A model generated the notes under the pieces. It saw only the letters and a list, made by a program, of their open reading frames with translations. It made no database searches and was not told the origin of the DNA. A DNA stretch of 64,000 nucleotides from Podarcis gaigeae (lineage: Eukaryota), in NCBI GenBank assembly GCA_964106915.2, contig OZ066915.1; one strand, written 5' to 3'. The translations under genes were made by a program, and so were the position numbers. Below, piece after piece: positions 10,980 through 24,132 of the stretch; position 1 is the stretch's first letter; every line of letters begins with the position of its first letter.

Positions 10980-12312
10980 GGCACCATATTAATTTCAGGC
11001 CATTCATACCAAACCAACAGCAAACGTTCATACCAAACCAAACCAGTAACTAGCAGCAAGAGACATTCTAGGCAGGTAGACTTGCTAGGACCCAACACAA
11101 GAGTAAAGAATCCTGTAACCATTTGGGCAAGAGCCAGGAGGTAGTTGTGCATTTACTGCCTGAAGTGTGATATATCTCCCACTCCTTGAGAAAGAAAGGA
11201 CTGGTGCAATGACCCCTTCCTAGGTTATCGAAGATGAAAAAAATACTTTTACATGGAGACATGGGCATTATACCAAGCAGAAACGACATAAATGAAATAA
11301 AAGCACTTGGGAAAGATATGATTAAAAACAAATAAACAGCTACTCCAGCTGCATTGCCCTAAGAGGCCCCCATAAATCATCTCCTTAAACTGTACTTGAA
11401 AGAAAGAAATAAAAAGCATAGCAGCGTTTCTAAATGGGTTTTTATAGTGTGAATGAATATGATGGCAAAAAAGGTGACAGACCTCAATGGTTGTTATTCT
11501 CCTGTCACACCTATATTATCAACAACACTTTAATTTAGAACCCATGCTACCACTAGACGCTGCTGAACAAAGCCCAAAATCAAAAGGCATGCTTGGGAAG
11601 TCATGCAGAATAATGTTGCCTTTAGACCTTCACAATGACAGTTTACTGCTCTGAGACTAGATTTTTGTCCACCAGCCCCAGCTGCAGGGAGAACTGCTTG
11701 GGGGCTAGTTTTAAGAGGACTCAGCTACGTTATAAAGCAGCCTGCCAGTAAAACATGGAGGCCAATCTCTGTTCAAAGATTTGCTCTGCAGATGGTGGCA
11801 GAGAGGAAGTTTAGTTAGCAAAAGATCCAGCTTCTAGCAAATCGGTCCATAGAGATGGGGGCGGGGGGGGGGGATTGGAACTGAAAAAATATATGCCAAA
11901 GTGTTGCACTTAAGGAGGAAGAAAGACATTCACTAAGGAACAACAGCAAGAAAGGCAGCAACACCACTCCTCTTCCAACTTTGTCCATGCTTTTATGGGG
12001 TTGCTTTTAATTTGGCTCCTAAATGCAACAAAGCCTGGTTCAAAGGCACTGGCATTGCATTCATTCCATCCAGTACTTATTGCATAAATTCTGCATCTAT
12101 AATAATGCTGGCTATTTTCAGTTTAGCCTTTGATAGAAGCTAAAGCGTTTGGTTTATATTGTACTGAAGTATTTGTTAAGGAAGGCAATGTTAGTGCTAC
12201 ATGTTCCCTTTTGTTCTGTTTGCCAGATCTACTCATAAGATAATGGGGGTTCTAAATCCTCCGTACTACCTAATAGCAAGCATGAAGATAAATAAGTTAT
12301 TCAAGGCATTAC

Positions 12313-12468
12313 CTCTGTTTGAAAACCTTCCACCAAGATGGCAACCAACAAGTTAAAGAGAACGTAGTTTCCGAATGTCATGAGGGCAATGAAGTAGAGG
12401 GCAGCCCAGGAAGAGGTAGAAGCCATGCCGTTGTACAGGACTTTATTCCAGTCTTCCTGAGTCAGTAT
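12313..12468 (-). CDS. CACNA1G: CACNA1G exon 13 (156 nt): [52 protein letters not shown], domain II pore and S6
   Basis: Translated by hand; acceptor ccaatctag|ATA, donor GAG|gtaatg; QEDW filter motif. Confidence 0.96.
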
Positions 12469-12778
12469 CTAGATTGGGGGGCGGGAAGGGGAGGGCACGT
12501 TAAGGGAGATAGAAGCACAGATCATTTGCACTCTCTTAAAGTTAGTTTGTCCTGCTCAGTTGAAGTGAACAAGCATATTGTTATTTGAATAAATTATTTC
12601 AATTCTTTGCCATTTTAAAGCTTCTCATTCACATCAGCATTTCAGACAACAAAAACATAAATTCTGCAAAGACACTGGTTTCTAAAAACTGCATCTGGAA
12701 AACCAAAACTTAAGTAGGTTCTGTATTTTATGAGCAGGCATTCCCCACTCCTACCCCCAAAATGCTTATAGATCTCTC

Positions 12779-12922
12779 CAGGGCTTTTTTCCCAGCCGGA
12801 ACTCAGTGGGTGCCATTGCCATTTTAGCCTCTCAGGTGGGCACCATTGACATTATAAGAGAATGAGGGAGGCGTTCATGGTGAGTTCCGGCACCTCTTTT
12901 TCAAGAAAAAAAATAGCACATG
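12779..12922. mobile_element. hAT-type MITE, copy 2 (same orientation as 10845-10979)
   Basis: Shares cagggctttttt, cctctcaggtggg, gttcatggtgagttccggcacctcttttt and aaaatagcac with copy 1. Confidence 0.7.
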
Positions 12923-13113
12923 CTCTCTCTTAGCATTCAGTATGACATTTTGGAGAATCTCAAGCTGTTATCTCTTCAAGGGATGGGTGCTTGCTTATTC
13001 TTTCTGTAAATCAATTTGAATTTTTTTAAAAAACCTCTTTGATATTTGATTACCATCAACCAATATATAAATGCTGTGAAATAAATAACTGTTAGCCATA
13101 ATGGTTGCATTAC

Positions 13114-13228
13114 CTGGAAAACAGTAACGATGGCCCAGAGCAAGGAATCAAAGTTCTTCCTGTCGGGAAGAGTGTCTCCATCTCTCTCCGAAGCAAATTT
13201 ACAGCCAAAGAGATGCATCCCAAGAATA
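13114..13228 (-). CDS. CACNA1G: CACNA1G exon 12 (115 nt): [38 protein letters not shown]
   Basis: Overlaps ORF 12976..13218; acceptor ttcattcag|TATT, donor CAG|gtaatg. Confidence 0.96.
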
Positions 13229-13808
13229 CTGAATGAAAGGGGGAAAAGAGTATATTAAGAAGAACAAGATTGTATTGGAAAAGAGACTCTTCCACTTAGC
13301 AAATAATGTTTGGAGTGAAGTTCCTTACTCCTGCACCCCGCCACTCATGGAAGGACAAAGAAAAAAAAGAAATGAAATGGGAATTCAGCTTTTAGTAAGC
13401 TACTTTCTCTGAGCTCTGACACCATGCCCTGTGGTGACTAGCAGTTGAAGGCTCATATATGATAAGGCTTCGTTTGTTGGAACGAAAAAGTTTGAAGACT
13501 CTCACATTATGAAGACTGTTGGACTCTTGAGGGTTCACAAACTAAAAACCAAAGTGTTGCTCAGCCTGGGGAGTTTCAGGGTTAAAGCCATCAGAAGTAG
13601 AAGCATACTACACCACTCAGGTGGGGGAAAGAAATAACTACCATTTTCAAAAGATGCAGAGTTGTAGCACTGTACATTAAATCACTTTCCATCTTAGCAA
13701 CTTGTACTGTTTTGCCATGGCACATAAATTAATATTGGCCGATTCCACCTCAAAGCACAGAAACAACAGGCTTCAAAAGGGAATGAAGGGGCTCATTTAA
13801 GTACCCAC

Positions 13809-13994
13809 CTGAAGATAAATATGAAAAGCATCAGCAACATGCAGAATGTGGCGACATTGTCCATTGTTTTCATGAGCACCACCAGCTGGCGCTGGAGAGC
13901 AGGCATGAAACGGACCAGTTTCAGGACTCTCATAAGGCGAAAGGTCCGTAGAACAGACAAGCCTCCACCCTGCTGTCCCACTATCTCCCAGACA
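13809..13994 (-). CDS. CACNA1G: CACNA1G exon 11 (186 nt): [61 protein letters not shown](S), IIS4 voltage sensor and IIS5
   Basis: Inside ORF 13793..14047; acceptor tcttcttag|TGTC, donor TTCAG|gtgggt. Confidence 0.96.
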
Positions 13995-15305
13995 CTAAGA
14001 AGATAAAAGAATAATGTTAAATGGGTTCTTGTGAGGAAGAAGTACATCCATGCATAGAGTGCTTATAGCAAAAGTGGGGAAGGCCTATAGTACAAACTAG
14101 CTAGTAGAGCTCAGTGGTGTGAAACAGGGATGCTCACAGGATGCTGCATACTACATGAGACAAGAACTTCAGGCAATACAGACCTACAAGTATCTGCTGC
14201 AGAAATATGGAGGCCCAGGGGCAAATGGAGAAACATACATTTTCCTGGGTTTTGTTTTTTTAATGACTCAGTATTATCACCCACTGAAAATGTTGTTATA
14301 AACTGGGAAGGGGGAGGGGACCTCATATTTTCCTATTGCAAAGTTATCTGTGAAATTTAATTACATCACAAGAATTGTGCTGTTCTGAGCTTTCTCTCTG
14401 GAAAAATCAATTTGTTCTCTTTCTGTAGTATATTCTTCCGTATGTATACTGCTTCCAGATGCAAACAATCTCATTTTGTTTATTATAACGTTGATACACG
14501 TTTTGAGACTGGGTACATATGCAATTATGATTTGGGGAAAAAATATTTCATAAATACACCAAATGCTCCTGTTTGGTGTGTTAACAGCTAATAAAGTTAT
14601 ATACCCAACACTTTTCATTTTCTTAAACTGTTAATGTTTAAGGTGGACAAAGTTACTGAGTACTGCATATATTTCAGCTCCCCCCCCCCAGACCTTAGGA
14701 TTTCTGAAAATTTTAAATTTCTAGCCAGAACTTGCATTTGAATTAAAAAGAATTATGCCAGCATACACTCCTAACATATTTTGCATGTGCCTGAAAACTG
14801 AACAAGCAGCCAGATAGGTATAAGCCCACTTTGAGGATACTTTACTTAATGGATGAGTGGTAAATGTTGAACGATCTCTTCAACTGGAAAGTTCTGCAGA
14901 TAGAAATATCTTTTTTTTGGTCATGCACTTTTTAAAGATAATATGTGCTAAAGGAAACAGGTACATTCTTGGTTGCCATTCCCAGTGTGTGGCTGCCACA
15001 AGGAAGGAAAATAGCATTTAAGTAGCTGCTGTTCAGTGCTTCCCCTATGTAGGAAATTCCCCTGAAGAAGTTATCAAAATGGTGCTGTTGCACATAATCA
15101 CGAGAGACGGGAGACAGCGCTGGTTTTTAGGAAGTTTTCACAGCAGTTCTGGAGCACATATTCTAACAGAGAGAGCAAAAGAACCGAGACCTCCATAAAC
15201 ATTTCAGACGTTCCTTACTATTTTCCCGCAGCTTTATTTTAAACAGCCCAGTTGGGAGAAATCACTTTACCTGCTCACATAAAATGACAACTCCAGGCCA
15301 GTTAC

Positions 15306-15457
15306 CTGATCACTACGATGATCCCATCAAATATATTGTATGGATTTTTGATGTAGCCAAAAGGGCCGTACACGAGCAGTTTCAGAAGCATTTCTAGGGC
15401 AAAGAGACTAGTGAAGACAATATTGCTGATTTCCAGTGCATTGGTGAGTTCTTCAGG
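15306..15457 (-). CDS. CACNA1G: CACNA1G exon 10 (152 nt): [50 protein letters not shown](S), IIS2-S3
   Basis: Inside ORF 15302..15595; acceptor tttctccag|CCT, donor ATCAG|gtaact. Confidence 0.96.
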
Positions 15458-16405
15458 CTGGAGAAATGAAGAAAAAGGAGAAAGAAAAATATATATGTCA
15501 AGATGAACAAAATTTGTGCTCTGATAGGCCAGGCGGTTCCAAGAGATGCGAGTAAATGTCAACTCAGTAATTACTGTATTCGTACAAGTCAGCAAGACAA
15601 TGCTGGTGAATCTCTGGCCTATAAGTTATTTGTTGGCTCCTACAGTGCTTTTTTGTAACTCCCGAAACTGACCCTAGCACACTATGAACAGCAGCTATGA
15701 GGGGGAATTTGGTATTTGATATCACCCCCGGCTCCCTATCTTCTGGTGACAAGACGAGCAATAAATTAGCAAGAGATTTTAAATTAGTCTTTATGGCATT
15801 ATATGTTTCACAGGTAATTAGTACACATTAAATACTGCAAGATAGTTATTAAAAGACATTGAGATGTGTATCATAATCTCACAAATAAAGTAGCACAGGG
15901 AGCTCAAGGGCACATTATCCTCGATCCTTATATACACTCACTAATTAAGGAACTTTGGGAAATTAACTGCAACATGAAATCAATATTTTAAATAATGAGG
16001 AGTGATCTTCAGAACCCTCTTTGTTTTTGAGCATGCAGTGTGAGACTTAGTCTCAAATTCTTAAGCATATACGGTATATACACCGCTTCAGTTAAATTGG
16101 TTCCATGGAAATATGCACTATTAAAGTATCAAAACCGAGATACCTATACCATAATTTTGAAAACCCAGCAGACAAAAACAGAACAATCAGCAACATTTCA
16201 AAATGCCTAAAAGGTTTAAAAACAATAACACACACATAGGAGACAAAAGGGTTCTACTTGGTATCTAAAAGAAAATAAAGTTGGCAACAGGCAAGCCGCT
16301 CTGAGGAGCAAATTTCATAGGTGAGGCACAATGGCTGAAAAGGCCACCTCTCTGGTTATCGCCTGCTTAAACTCTTAACAAGGAGGAAACAAACAGTAGA
16401 GTAAT

Positions 16406-17190
16406 ATAAGAACAGAAGAAGAGTCCAATTGGATCAGACCAAAGGCCTATCTGGTCCAGTATCCTGCTTCCCACAATGGTCAAACAGGAGGCCACTGTAA
16501 GGTCACGAGGGCCATGGCACTGCCTCACATTTGCTCCCCAGTCTAATCCTCCATGCATTTACTTAATCCTCTTTTAAAGCCTTGCCATTGGAAAAAAAAA
16601 GCCACCTAAGGGCTGATGCAGACCATGCATTTAAAGCACATGACCACCTTCAAAGATTTCTGGGAACAGTAGTTAAGAGTGATGGGAAAATGTAGCCCTG
16701 TGAGGAGGAAACTACATGCATAATTGTATACGCTTCTATTTTGTTCCTGATCCCCTTAACTTGCCAGTTTTTCTAAATTAAAAAAAACCCAAAAATAAAT
16801 GTTGGAACCTTTCCTTGTAACAGTTGCTCCAGCTCTCTAAGCATCTATGCTGCCATTTTCGGCACTTTTCCTGGTTCTACAATATCCTTTTGAAATACAG
16901 CAACCAAAACAGTAAGTACACAAAGTATAGTCATGCCATAGATTTTTTAAATAAATACTTCATGATATTGGCTGTTTTATTTTTAATCCCTTTTTCTAAT
17001 AATCCCTAACATGGATGTTGCTGCCTCCCCCCCCCTTTTTTTTTTACAGCTGCCACACATAGGTCAACTTTTTCATAATGTTATTCACCACGTCCCAAGA
17101 TCTCTTTCCCGGTCAGTCAAACCAGCTCAGACCCAATCAGTTTATATTTTATGCCCAAATGTTCATCACTTTTCATTTAACTTAATGCGC
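16406..17190 (-). mobile_element. Degraded CR1 LINE fragments (3' end at ~16406-16500, ORF2 piece at ~17040-17190)
   Basis: ataagaac...ggatcagaccaaaggcctatctggtccagtatcctg resembles a CR1 3' end; the reverse complement of 17040-17190 reads ...GGGTCTGAGCTGG...GACCGGGAAAGAGATCTTGGGACGTGG..., as in CR1 ORF2 (ERDLG). Confidence 0.6.
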
Positions 17191-17762
17191 CGGGCAGCAC
17201 TGGACATGCTACGCCCCTGACAGAAACAACTGCCTTGGGCACTTGCTATGTCCTCCTACCCAGCCACTCACTATGCACATCCTCAGCTTTGTCCCCTAGT
17301 CTTTGGGAAAACTATAGTCATGAGCATGTTCTGATCCTCTCACCAATGTTACATGTGCAACTTTTACAATTAAGATGGCTCAAGAAAACACCACTGCCAA
17401 AAATCAATCTTTTTTTCTTTTTTGGTTTCATGATTTTCCTGCAAGAAATGCAAGCTATAATTTAGAAACAGACCCTTAACCAACTCTCTGTGCAATTCCC
17501 TGGGGTTTTTTTGGTTTATGTTTTTATTAAAGGACTTTTCATGAGTTGCAAAAGTACATTCGGCGCCTCTGTTTTCAAATCGTACTCTTTTCTTCACTGA
17601 GAGTGGGGAGGAAGAAGCAAGGTGGGCCTAATTAATACGTTGGTTTACTTTTTCGCACGTGTCTTTAAAACATGTAAGATATTAAACACATTTTTCATCT
17701 AAAGCAAATAAACCTTGACACACACATATCCACTTAATGTATACTACATACACATACATACA

Positions 17763-17767
<5 letters not shown>

Positions 17768-17819
<52 letters not shown>
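17768..17819. repeat. (CT)n microsatellite
   Basis: Direct reading. Confidence 0.97.
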
Positions 17820-17821
<2 letters not shown>

Positions 17822-18882
17822 GTGGTAGGAGAGCTGTCCTATAAAGCAGTTTCAAATTGCCTTATTAAAACATGTGCTTTGAATGGAAAAATATCTTATT
17901 TACAATCTCAATGGCACTGAGGGAGTTGGCATATAGTCATTTTCATCCTGGAGGCCATATTATTTGAGAAGCAAATACTGAAGGCTCTCACAGTAGAAAT
18001 ACTAATCTTCTCTTTAATCTAGTATCCCACACTAATTTTTCATGCAGTTTTCTTCTTGAAATGTCACCCAGTGCAGCACTTGCAGCTCTGTATTTCCTAC
18101 CAGAAAATGATATATTAGAACTGTCCGAGCTTAATTCACAGTCTGTGAAAGAAAAAGACCCCTTCATTACTGTCAGTTGAAACAAACTAAGAATTTATGG
18201 TTAAATTGATTCTAATAATGATATGGCTTCCATATCCATATCCGACTGTAATTCTATTTTGCTCCAGTTGAAAAAAACAAAGTACTCAAACTGCCCCAGT
18301 AGTAAGTAGTTACTTACTACTTACTATAGTAAGTGACTACAGTACCTTTAATAGCAGGGCATGTTTTGCAGAAATGTATTTTGTAGACGGATAGAATTAT
18401 CTAACCAGAGCAGAAATGCTGTTAACAGAATATTTTTTTTTAAAAGACAGCCTTTTCTAACTAGTCATATTATGAAGACTTTCAGGAGTTCCCCTCTTTT
18501 TCCTTAGCAAAATGGCTTGTAAAATGTTGCCTTTTCTTTACTATTCAGTCTTCACTGCAGTACATGTTCAGGACAATATATGCAGAGTAAAGATCGCAAC
18601 AGTAAACTGCTCCTTTAAGAGGCCACAAAGAGGGCGTATAACTAACAAGAAAATTAAAAACAAGTTTTTTCAAGCAGAAACAATGCAGCTTCAAAGACAG
18701 GATCAAAACAAAGCACAGTTTTGGTACGGCAAACCAGAAGGGCCAATATACTACAGATAGTATGCAGCTATGCCTGAAAATCAATTCTGCATCAGAATCA
18801 CAGCTGGACTTCTACGATCATAGCAGGGAGGCAGCTGGTGCTCGCTAGATCTGATGAGGCTGCTAGGGTCACATCAGATGGT

Positions 18883-19020
18883 CGTACCCGCCAACATTTC
18901 CCTGATGAAAATAGGGACGTCCTAAGGAAAAGCTGGACATTCCGGGATAAAATCAGAAACCGGGATGGCTTCTGTAAATCTGGGACGGTCTCTGGGAAAT
19001 AGGAACACTTGGAGGGTCTG
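18883..19020. mobile_element. Short MITE with imperfect terminal inverted repeats
   Basis: Left cgtacccgccaa against the reverse complement of the right end cagaccctccaa; internal aatagggac/ccggga repeats. Confidence 0.6.
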
Positions 19021-20669
19021 TGAGGTCACAAGTACATGGCAAAGTTATGCCCCCCCTCCTTCTCCCTTGCAAACATAAAGTAGATACTTAAGCAAGGCAA
19101 TTTCACAAACAGCGCATAACTAAATGAACGTGTGTTTTACTTTGGTTCAGAAGGTGTCCCTGCTGTCACAGTTCCTTCTCTGGGATGGGAGAAATGTTGT
19201 GTGGCCTCCACCTCACTCTGAAGAAGAACCTTACATTGCGACTTAGGTTCTTTGCAGAGTTTGGCTCTGTGGACAGGCCCCAAAGAACACATGAAATTGT
19301 ATACTGGTTTGCTGCTGTACTGTCAAATTTTGATTCAAGTCAAACATTGGTAAACTGTTAAACTATAAAATTTTAAATTTGCCCATTCACAAATTTTGCC
19401 AGGGGTGGCAAAGTGACAGCAGCACAGGTGCTCTTCAGAGCCACCTTGTCCACCTACCTCACTCTGAGGAAGGATCCTGCAAAGTGCTCTGTTGATGCAG
19501 CAAAGACACTCCTAAAGTGGCAGGGCATGTTGAATTTTCCAACTTTCCAACTCCAAAAATGAGGGATGCTAAAAAGTTTTAGGATAACTTGAGAATCCAA
19601 TATATGTTTGGGTTAATGAATACAATTTAATGTTGCTTGGTAAATAAGTACTTTAAAATATTGATGTTTTAACATTTTTGTGGAATTTCTAATAATTTTA
19701 AACTTGTCTGATTATTTTTTTGTGGAGGAAAATGTGTGCAAAATTACATCAAAATCATCAAAAATGATAGGACATCAGATTGGCTTGCCAGATTTGGAAG
19801 TGGCAGGAAGATAAGAAAAGAAGGCTTGCTGAATATAAGCAGAGAAGTAAGCAGGATGCTTGATTATAATCAAATGAAATAAATCTTCTGTGATGATGAA
19901 AATGAAGAGCAAATAGCTGATGCCCAAAATGGAAATGATGGAAGTTAACGAATTGACTTTAGGAAAACAAAGTACGCCTTCTACTTCTAATAAAAAAGAA
20001 GAATACAGCACATTAAAAATACATAATGTTGCTATGTAGAACCTCAAATACGGTGTGTTCACCTGCATACCACAGCTGCCATCACCACTGCTGCCTTTAT
20101 AGACCCCTATCTGAAGAAATTTGCCAAAATTAAGCTTCACTCCCTAAAATAATATGCCCTACATCACAGGCCAGGGTGTGGGTGTGGGTGTGGTTGAATT
20201 GCCCCTCCTGATGTGCCACCTCAGACAAATGGCTCACTTTGGCTCATATAAGGGCTATATTTGGAGAGGAAACAAAAACCACTAAACCCAAGGATGTCCT
20301 TCCAACTCTATGTTCTCCTTTCAGTCACTTGATACCTAGGATTCCTGTGGAGTTTTCTCTTACCCCAAAGCAGATAAAGTCTTCTCAAAAGTCTTGCTCC
20401 CTTATAATGATGTAGAGCCTCAAAAAATGGAAACTTTCCCTCAATCTGAAAGTAAAATCAAGGTCACTTCTAGCTGTCAGGGTATGCATTCAGAACATGG
20501 TGAAAGAAAAGTAACCTCATCCTCAAAAATAATCTATGGTAATTTGAACTTTACAAGCAGATGTCTAACCTCAATTACTCCATGCACAGCTTTGTCCATC
20601 TCAAATAAATGTTATATGACAGTGTTCAACAACTTTGTCTCTGTGTAAATCAGGACAAGACCTGGCCTT

Positions 20670-20869
20670 NNNNNNNNNNNNNNNNNNNNNNNNNNNNNNN
20701 NNNNNNNNNNNNNNNNNNNNNNNNNNNNNNNNNNNNNNNNNNNNNNNNNNNNNNNNNNNNNNNNNNNNNNNNNNNNNNNNNNNNNNNNNNNNNNNNNNNN
20801 NNNNNNNNNNNNNNNNNNNNNNNNNNNNNNNNNNNNNNNNNNNNNNNNNNNNNNNNNNNNNNNNNNNNN
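20670..20869. other. Assembly gap (200 N) inside intron 9
   Basis: Exactly 200 N; a round number suggests a scaffold join of unknown true size. Confidence 0.98.
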
Positions 20870-21403
20870 AGGGTTACCGCTCGGGGGCGCGCTTTAGGCC
20901 CTAGGCCCTCCGGAGGTTTCGGACGAGGCGTCGCCCCTCGGAGTCCCTTTAACGAACTACCCCTCAAGCATTGGGGGAGGTGATGGCGTTCCTCCCCCCC
21001 AACCTCATCTGCATGATAATACCCCGGCCAATGCCTACCGCCAAAACCGAGGGAGTTGTGACGATTTGCTACGAGGTAGGCGAAAAAACCAAGTGGCTCA
21101 CAAAACCAGCCAATTAACCAAATGGAAAAACTCCTACCAGCCCCTTGCGGCGACCAGCCGAAGCCCATAGCAAGGTCAGTGGCAAAAATTAAAGGGCGGG
21201 GTGGGTGGGAAACCGCGTCGTCTCCAGGGAAGAAAGGGGGCGAGCCAGGGGCTGCCCTGACCTTAAGTGGCCCTACGAAGGCCTGCCCCTGCCACCAGCC
21301 GATTGGCTGGCGCCACAGGGTATGCTAAATGGGGGAATCCCTGTCTCTCGCGAGGCTGACGCCAGCCTCGCGAGAGCGAGTGTGGGCAGGTCGTGATCCC
21401 ACA
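20870..21403 (-). mobile_element. Young CpG-rich LTR-like retroelement terminus (LTR or DIRS/Ngaro-type), truncated by the gap
   Basis: Abrupt GC/CpG-rich block in AT-rich intron. The minus strand starts TGTGGG and carries an octamer-like box, CCAAT, a TATA-like element and a GC box in LTR-like order. No TSD recognised. Confidence 0.55.
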
Positions 21404-23952
21404 ACCCCCCCTCCTCCTGAAGATCGGAAGGGGCATTCTAAGTAAACAAGGGTAGAATTGGGTTGTTAGTCATCTAACCACATAGTGCTGCTTTGGTAGT
21501 GACTGGATAGCATTTCCTTTTCCAATCCGCCGCAATATGTCCTGGAATTTGGCTATGGCATACGTAATACGATCAGAACCCCACAAAGAATTATGACTCT
21601 GCACAAGGCAGCTAAGGGCATTTTCTCACAGGAATTTATATTAATTCAGAACATGTGCATTCAGTGTGCCATAACCGCTCTAGGCACCTGTCCATAATCT
21701 GCCATATCTTCCTCCTGTATTCATGGCAGACACAGAAAACTGTAGGATGTGTTCAGGCTTTCTAGCTGAAGCTGGGAAATGAACTCTGCTGTTGGGTTTT
21801 ACCCAGTTATTGCTTTTTGGTGTGTCTCCAGGTTAGCTTTGCCTGGGAGTTTGAAGGACATGCCATCAGCAGTGAGATGGTCTGGAGAAAGGAAGCATGA
21901 AAACTCACCAAAATGAAATAACTGGTATTTCCAACATCCTGAGAGTTTCTACTCTGTTGTTTTCTCTCTCCTGCTTCCTATGTATTTTGTGCTCGACCCG
22001 TTTATGAAACAGCAGAACATAAATAAATAAAAATAAGCCAGTGGGGATACCTGCTCCAGGCTGTGTCTAATCCTGGTATGTCATGGACACCACTTCTTTC
22101 TTTTCTCTTACACTAGCCCTTCCAACCACAGAAAACAACAGGGACTTGTCAGTAGGAAATAAATCAGCCAGCTCATTGCCTGAAATCATTGTTAATAAGC
22201 ACATCTCCTGCCATCCAACCACTAGCTCCGAAGGGGCTTCACCTTCCAGTTGCCCCTACAAAACTACCTGAAATAACCTTCTGAGGTAACTGGAATCTAC
22301 AATGGATTGATAATGCTTAGGTTCATTTGAAGGGATAGAAAGAGTTCTTCCTCAGAACTGGTGGCGGTGGGCTCAGGAATGAGGTCAGCTTATATGGTTT
22401 ATCTGACAGGAAAGCCATTTGTTACAAAGTGAATTTGAAAGTAAACTACAGCACTGTATTACACAATTTGACCCTGCAGCTGCAGTCTTCACTAGGTCAC
22501 TGTAGCCTCAAGCACATTAAAAGCTTAGGGTGGAAGGGTTGTATAGACTGTGTGCTCTACGCTCACCCAGGGAAGTACCCTCAGTTCAATGGCAGACTTT
22601 TTATTCCTCATTTTTATCACACAGTGCCTGAGGAGAACTAATAATTCCCATTTCTCTCCTGTACAAAATCTACACAGGCCACAGCAATTCAGGACAAAAG
22701 GCGAATACACTTCTGACAAATGCAATGCAAGGTGAAGCCAAGAGTTTTGTAGTCCTGGAAGCAGCACAATACTCTATCTCCCTTCCCAACTCAATTTCAA
22801 ACTGTAGGGTAACCAGCCTCATATACCACTGTACTTGAATCTAATTAAAGCATGAAAGGGTCAATGCCATAGAGCAAGCTGTATTTTGGCGAAGGAACCA
22901 CTAGGCTAAGCTGGCCCTGTCCTGCCAGGCTTAGCCTATGTCACTTTCCCTCACCTTGGACAACCAATGGACAACCGATATTTTTGTTGTCACCACTCTA
23001 ATGAGAATTTAGTGTATGAGGATTCCTGACCTGCTCTGGCTCAGCCACATGGCTTTAATCAGTCTCTTTTCTTTCAGACAAGAATGGAGTCTGAAATTAG
23101 TATTTTCCCTGTTTTGTAACAAAGCAATGTTTTACTGCCTGTGCAACCTCTTCTAACTGCTGTATGGAAAAGCACATGAATTTAACCTGTGAAGAGTTTT
23201 GTAAGTAAACAACTTTATGAGTTAGTAAATGTGTGGTCTCTCTTTGTACTAGATAAATGGGATATATTAGGATTCACTGGAAAGGGTCCATTTTAAAGGC
23301 TTTACAGCCTCTATTTCCACGCTTTTCTTTGAGGCATGCTTTGCCATGTTTAATCTTTATTGGGGTTCTCTCACCCAAGATTACTTGCCCCAGAATTTCC
23401 AACACAAACCATGCCAAAGAGATGTCCTATCCCCTGGTGCTAGCATGCATTCAGGAACTATGAACATCAGCCAGGAAAGCTCAAGGCAGCAGTCATTTGC
23501 AAATGCTGGCAGATAGGTCTCAAATGATGAGCTAGCTTTGCAACCAATACATTCTGCCCTAATTTCCTTGATTAAAGACATGCCTATCAGTGCTGCATAG
23601 CTTAGAGCATCCAAGCCCAGCAGTACGCTCATCAGCAAAGCGCACCCTCACAGCTTCAGTTACTCAGGCTATGACTGTGTGTGCCATATTTCATTACTTT
23701 ATACTTTTCGTTACTTGTGGCAGTAATGCTACTTACCTTTGCATTCTTCGCATTCATATGTGTTTCCTTCCTCATGGCATTGCAGGCTTCAGGTTTTAAG
23801 CAACTGAAATAACAGTGATTCATTTCCCCTGAAATAACGAATTTGTGCAATTTCACTTTCCCCCCAATAAATAAAGGTGCAGCGTGCTCCAAAAGATTAG
23901 GAAGGACAAACACATTGAGAAGGGACTGGTTTTAAAAGTTTAGCTTAAAAAT

Positions 23953-24132
23953 CAGAGCTGTTCAACAGTGGAACAGGCTCCCACGAGAGGTTGTGGACTC
24001 TCCTTGTAAGTTTTTAAGCAGAGGTTGAATGACCATTTGTCATGTATGATCTAGCTGAGATTCCTGCATTGCAGGAGGTGGACTAGATGACTGCCGTGGT
24101 CCCTTCCAACTCTACAGTTCTACAATTCAATG
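23953..24132 (+). mobile_element. CR1 LINE 3' end fragment
   Basis: agagctgttcaacagtggaacagg...gattcctgcattgcagg...ggtcccttccaactctac; same family as 46981-47522. Confidence 0.85.

Noticed and set aside
18851-18880. Other CTGATGA hits as hammerhead cores (also ~23630, ~48833, ~63075)
   Set aside because: No stem II followed by GAAA and a UH site with a closing stem.
20609-21168. ORFs spanning the N gap
   Set aside because: Artefacts of translating Ns.
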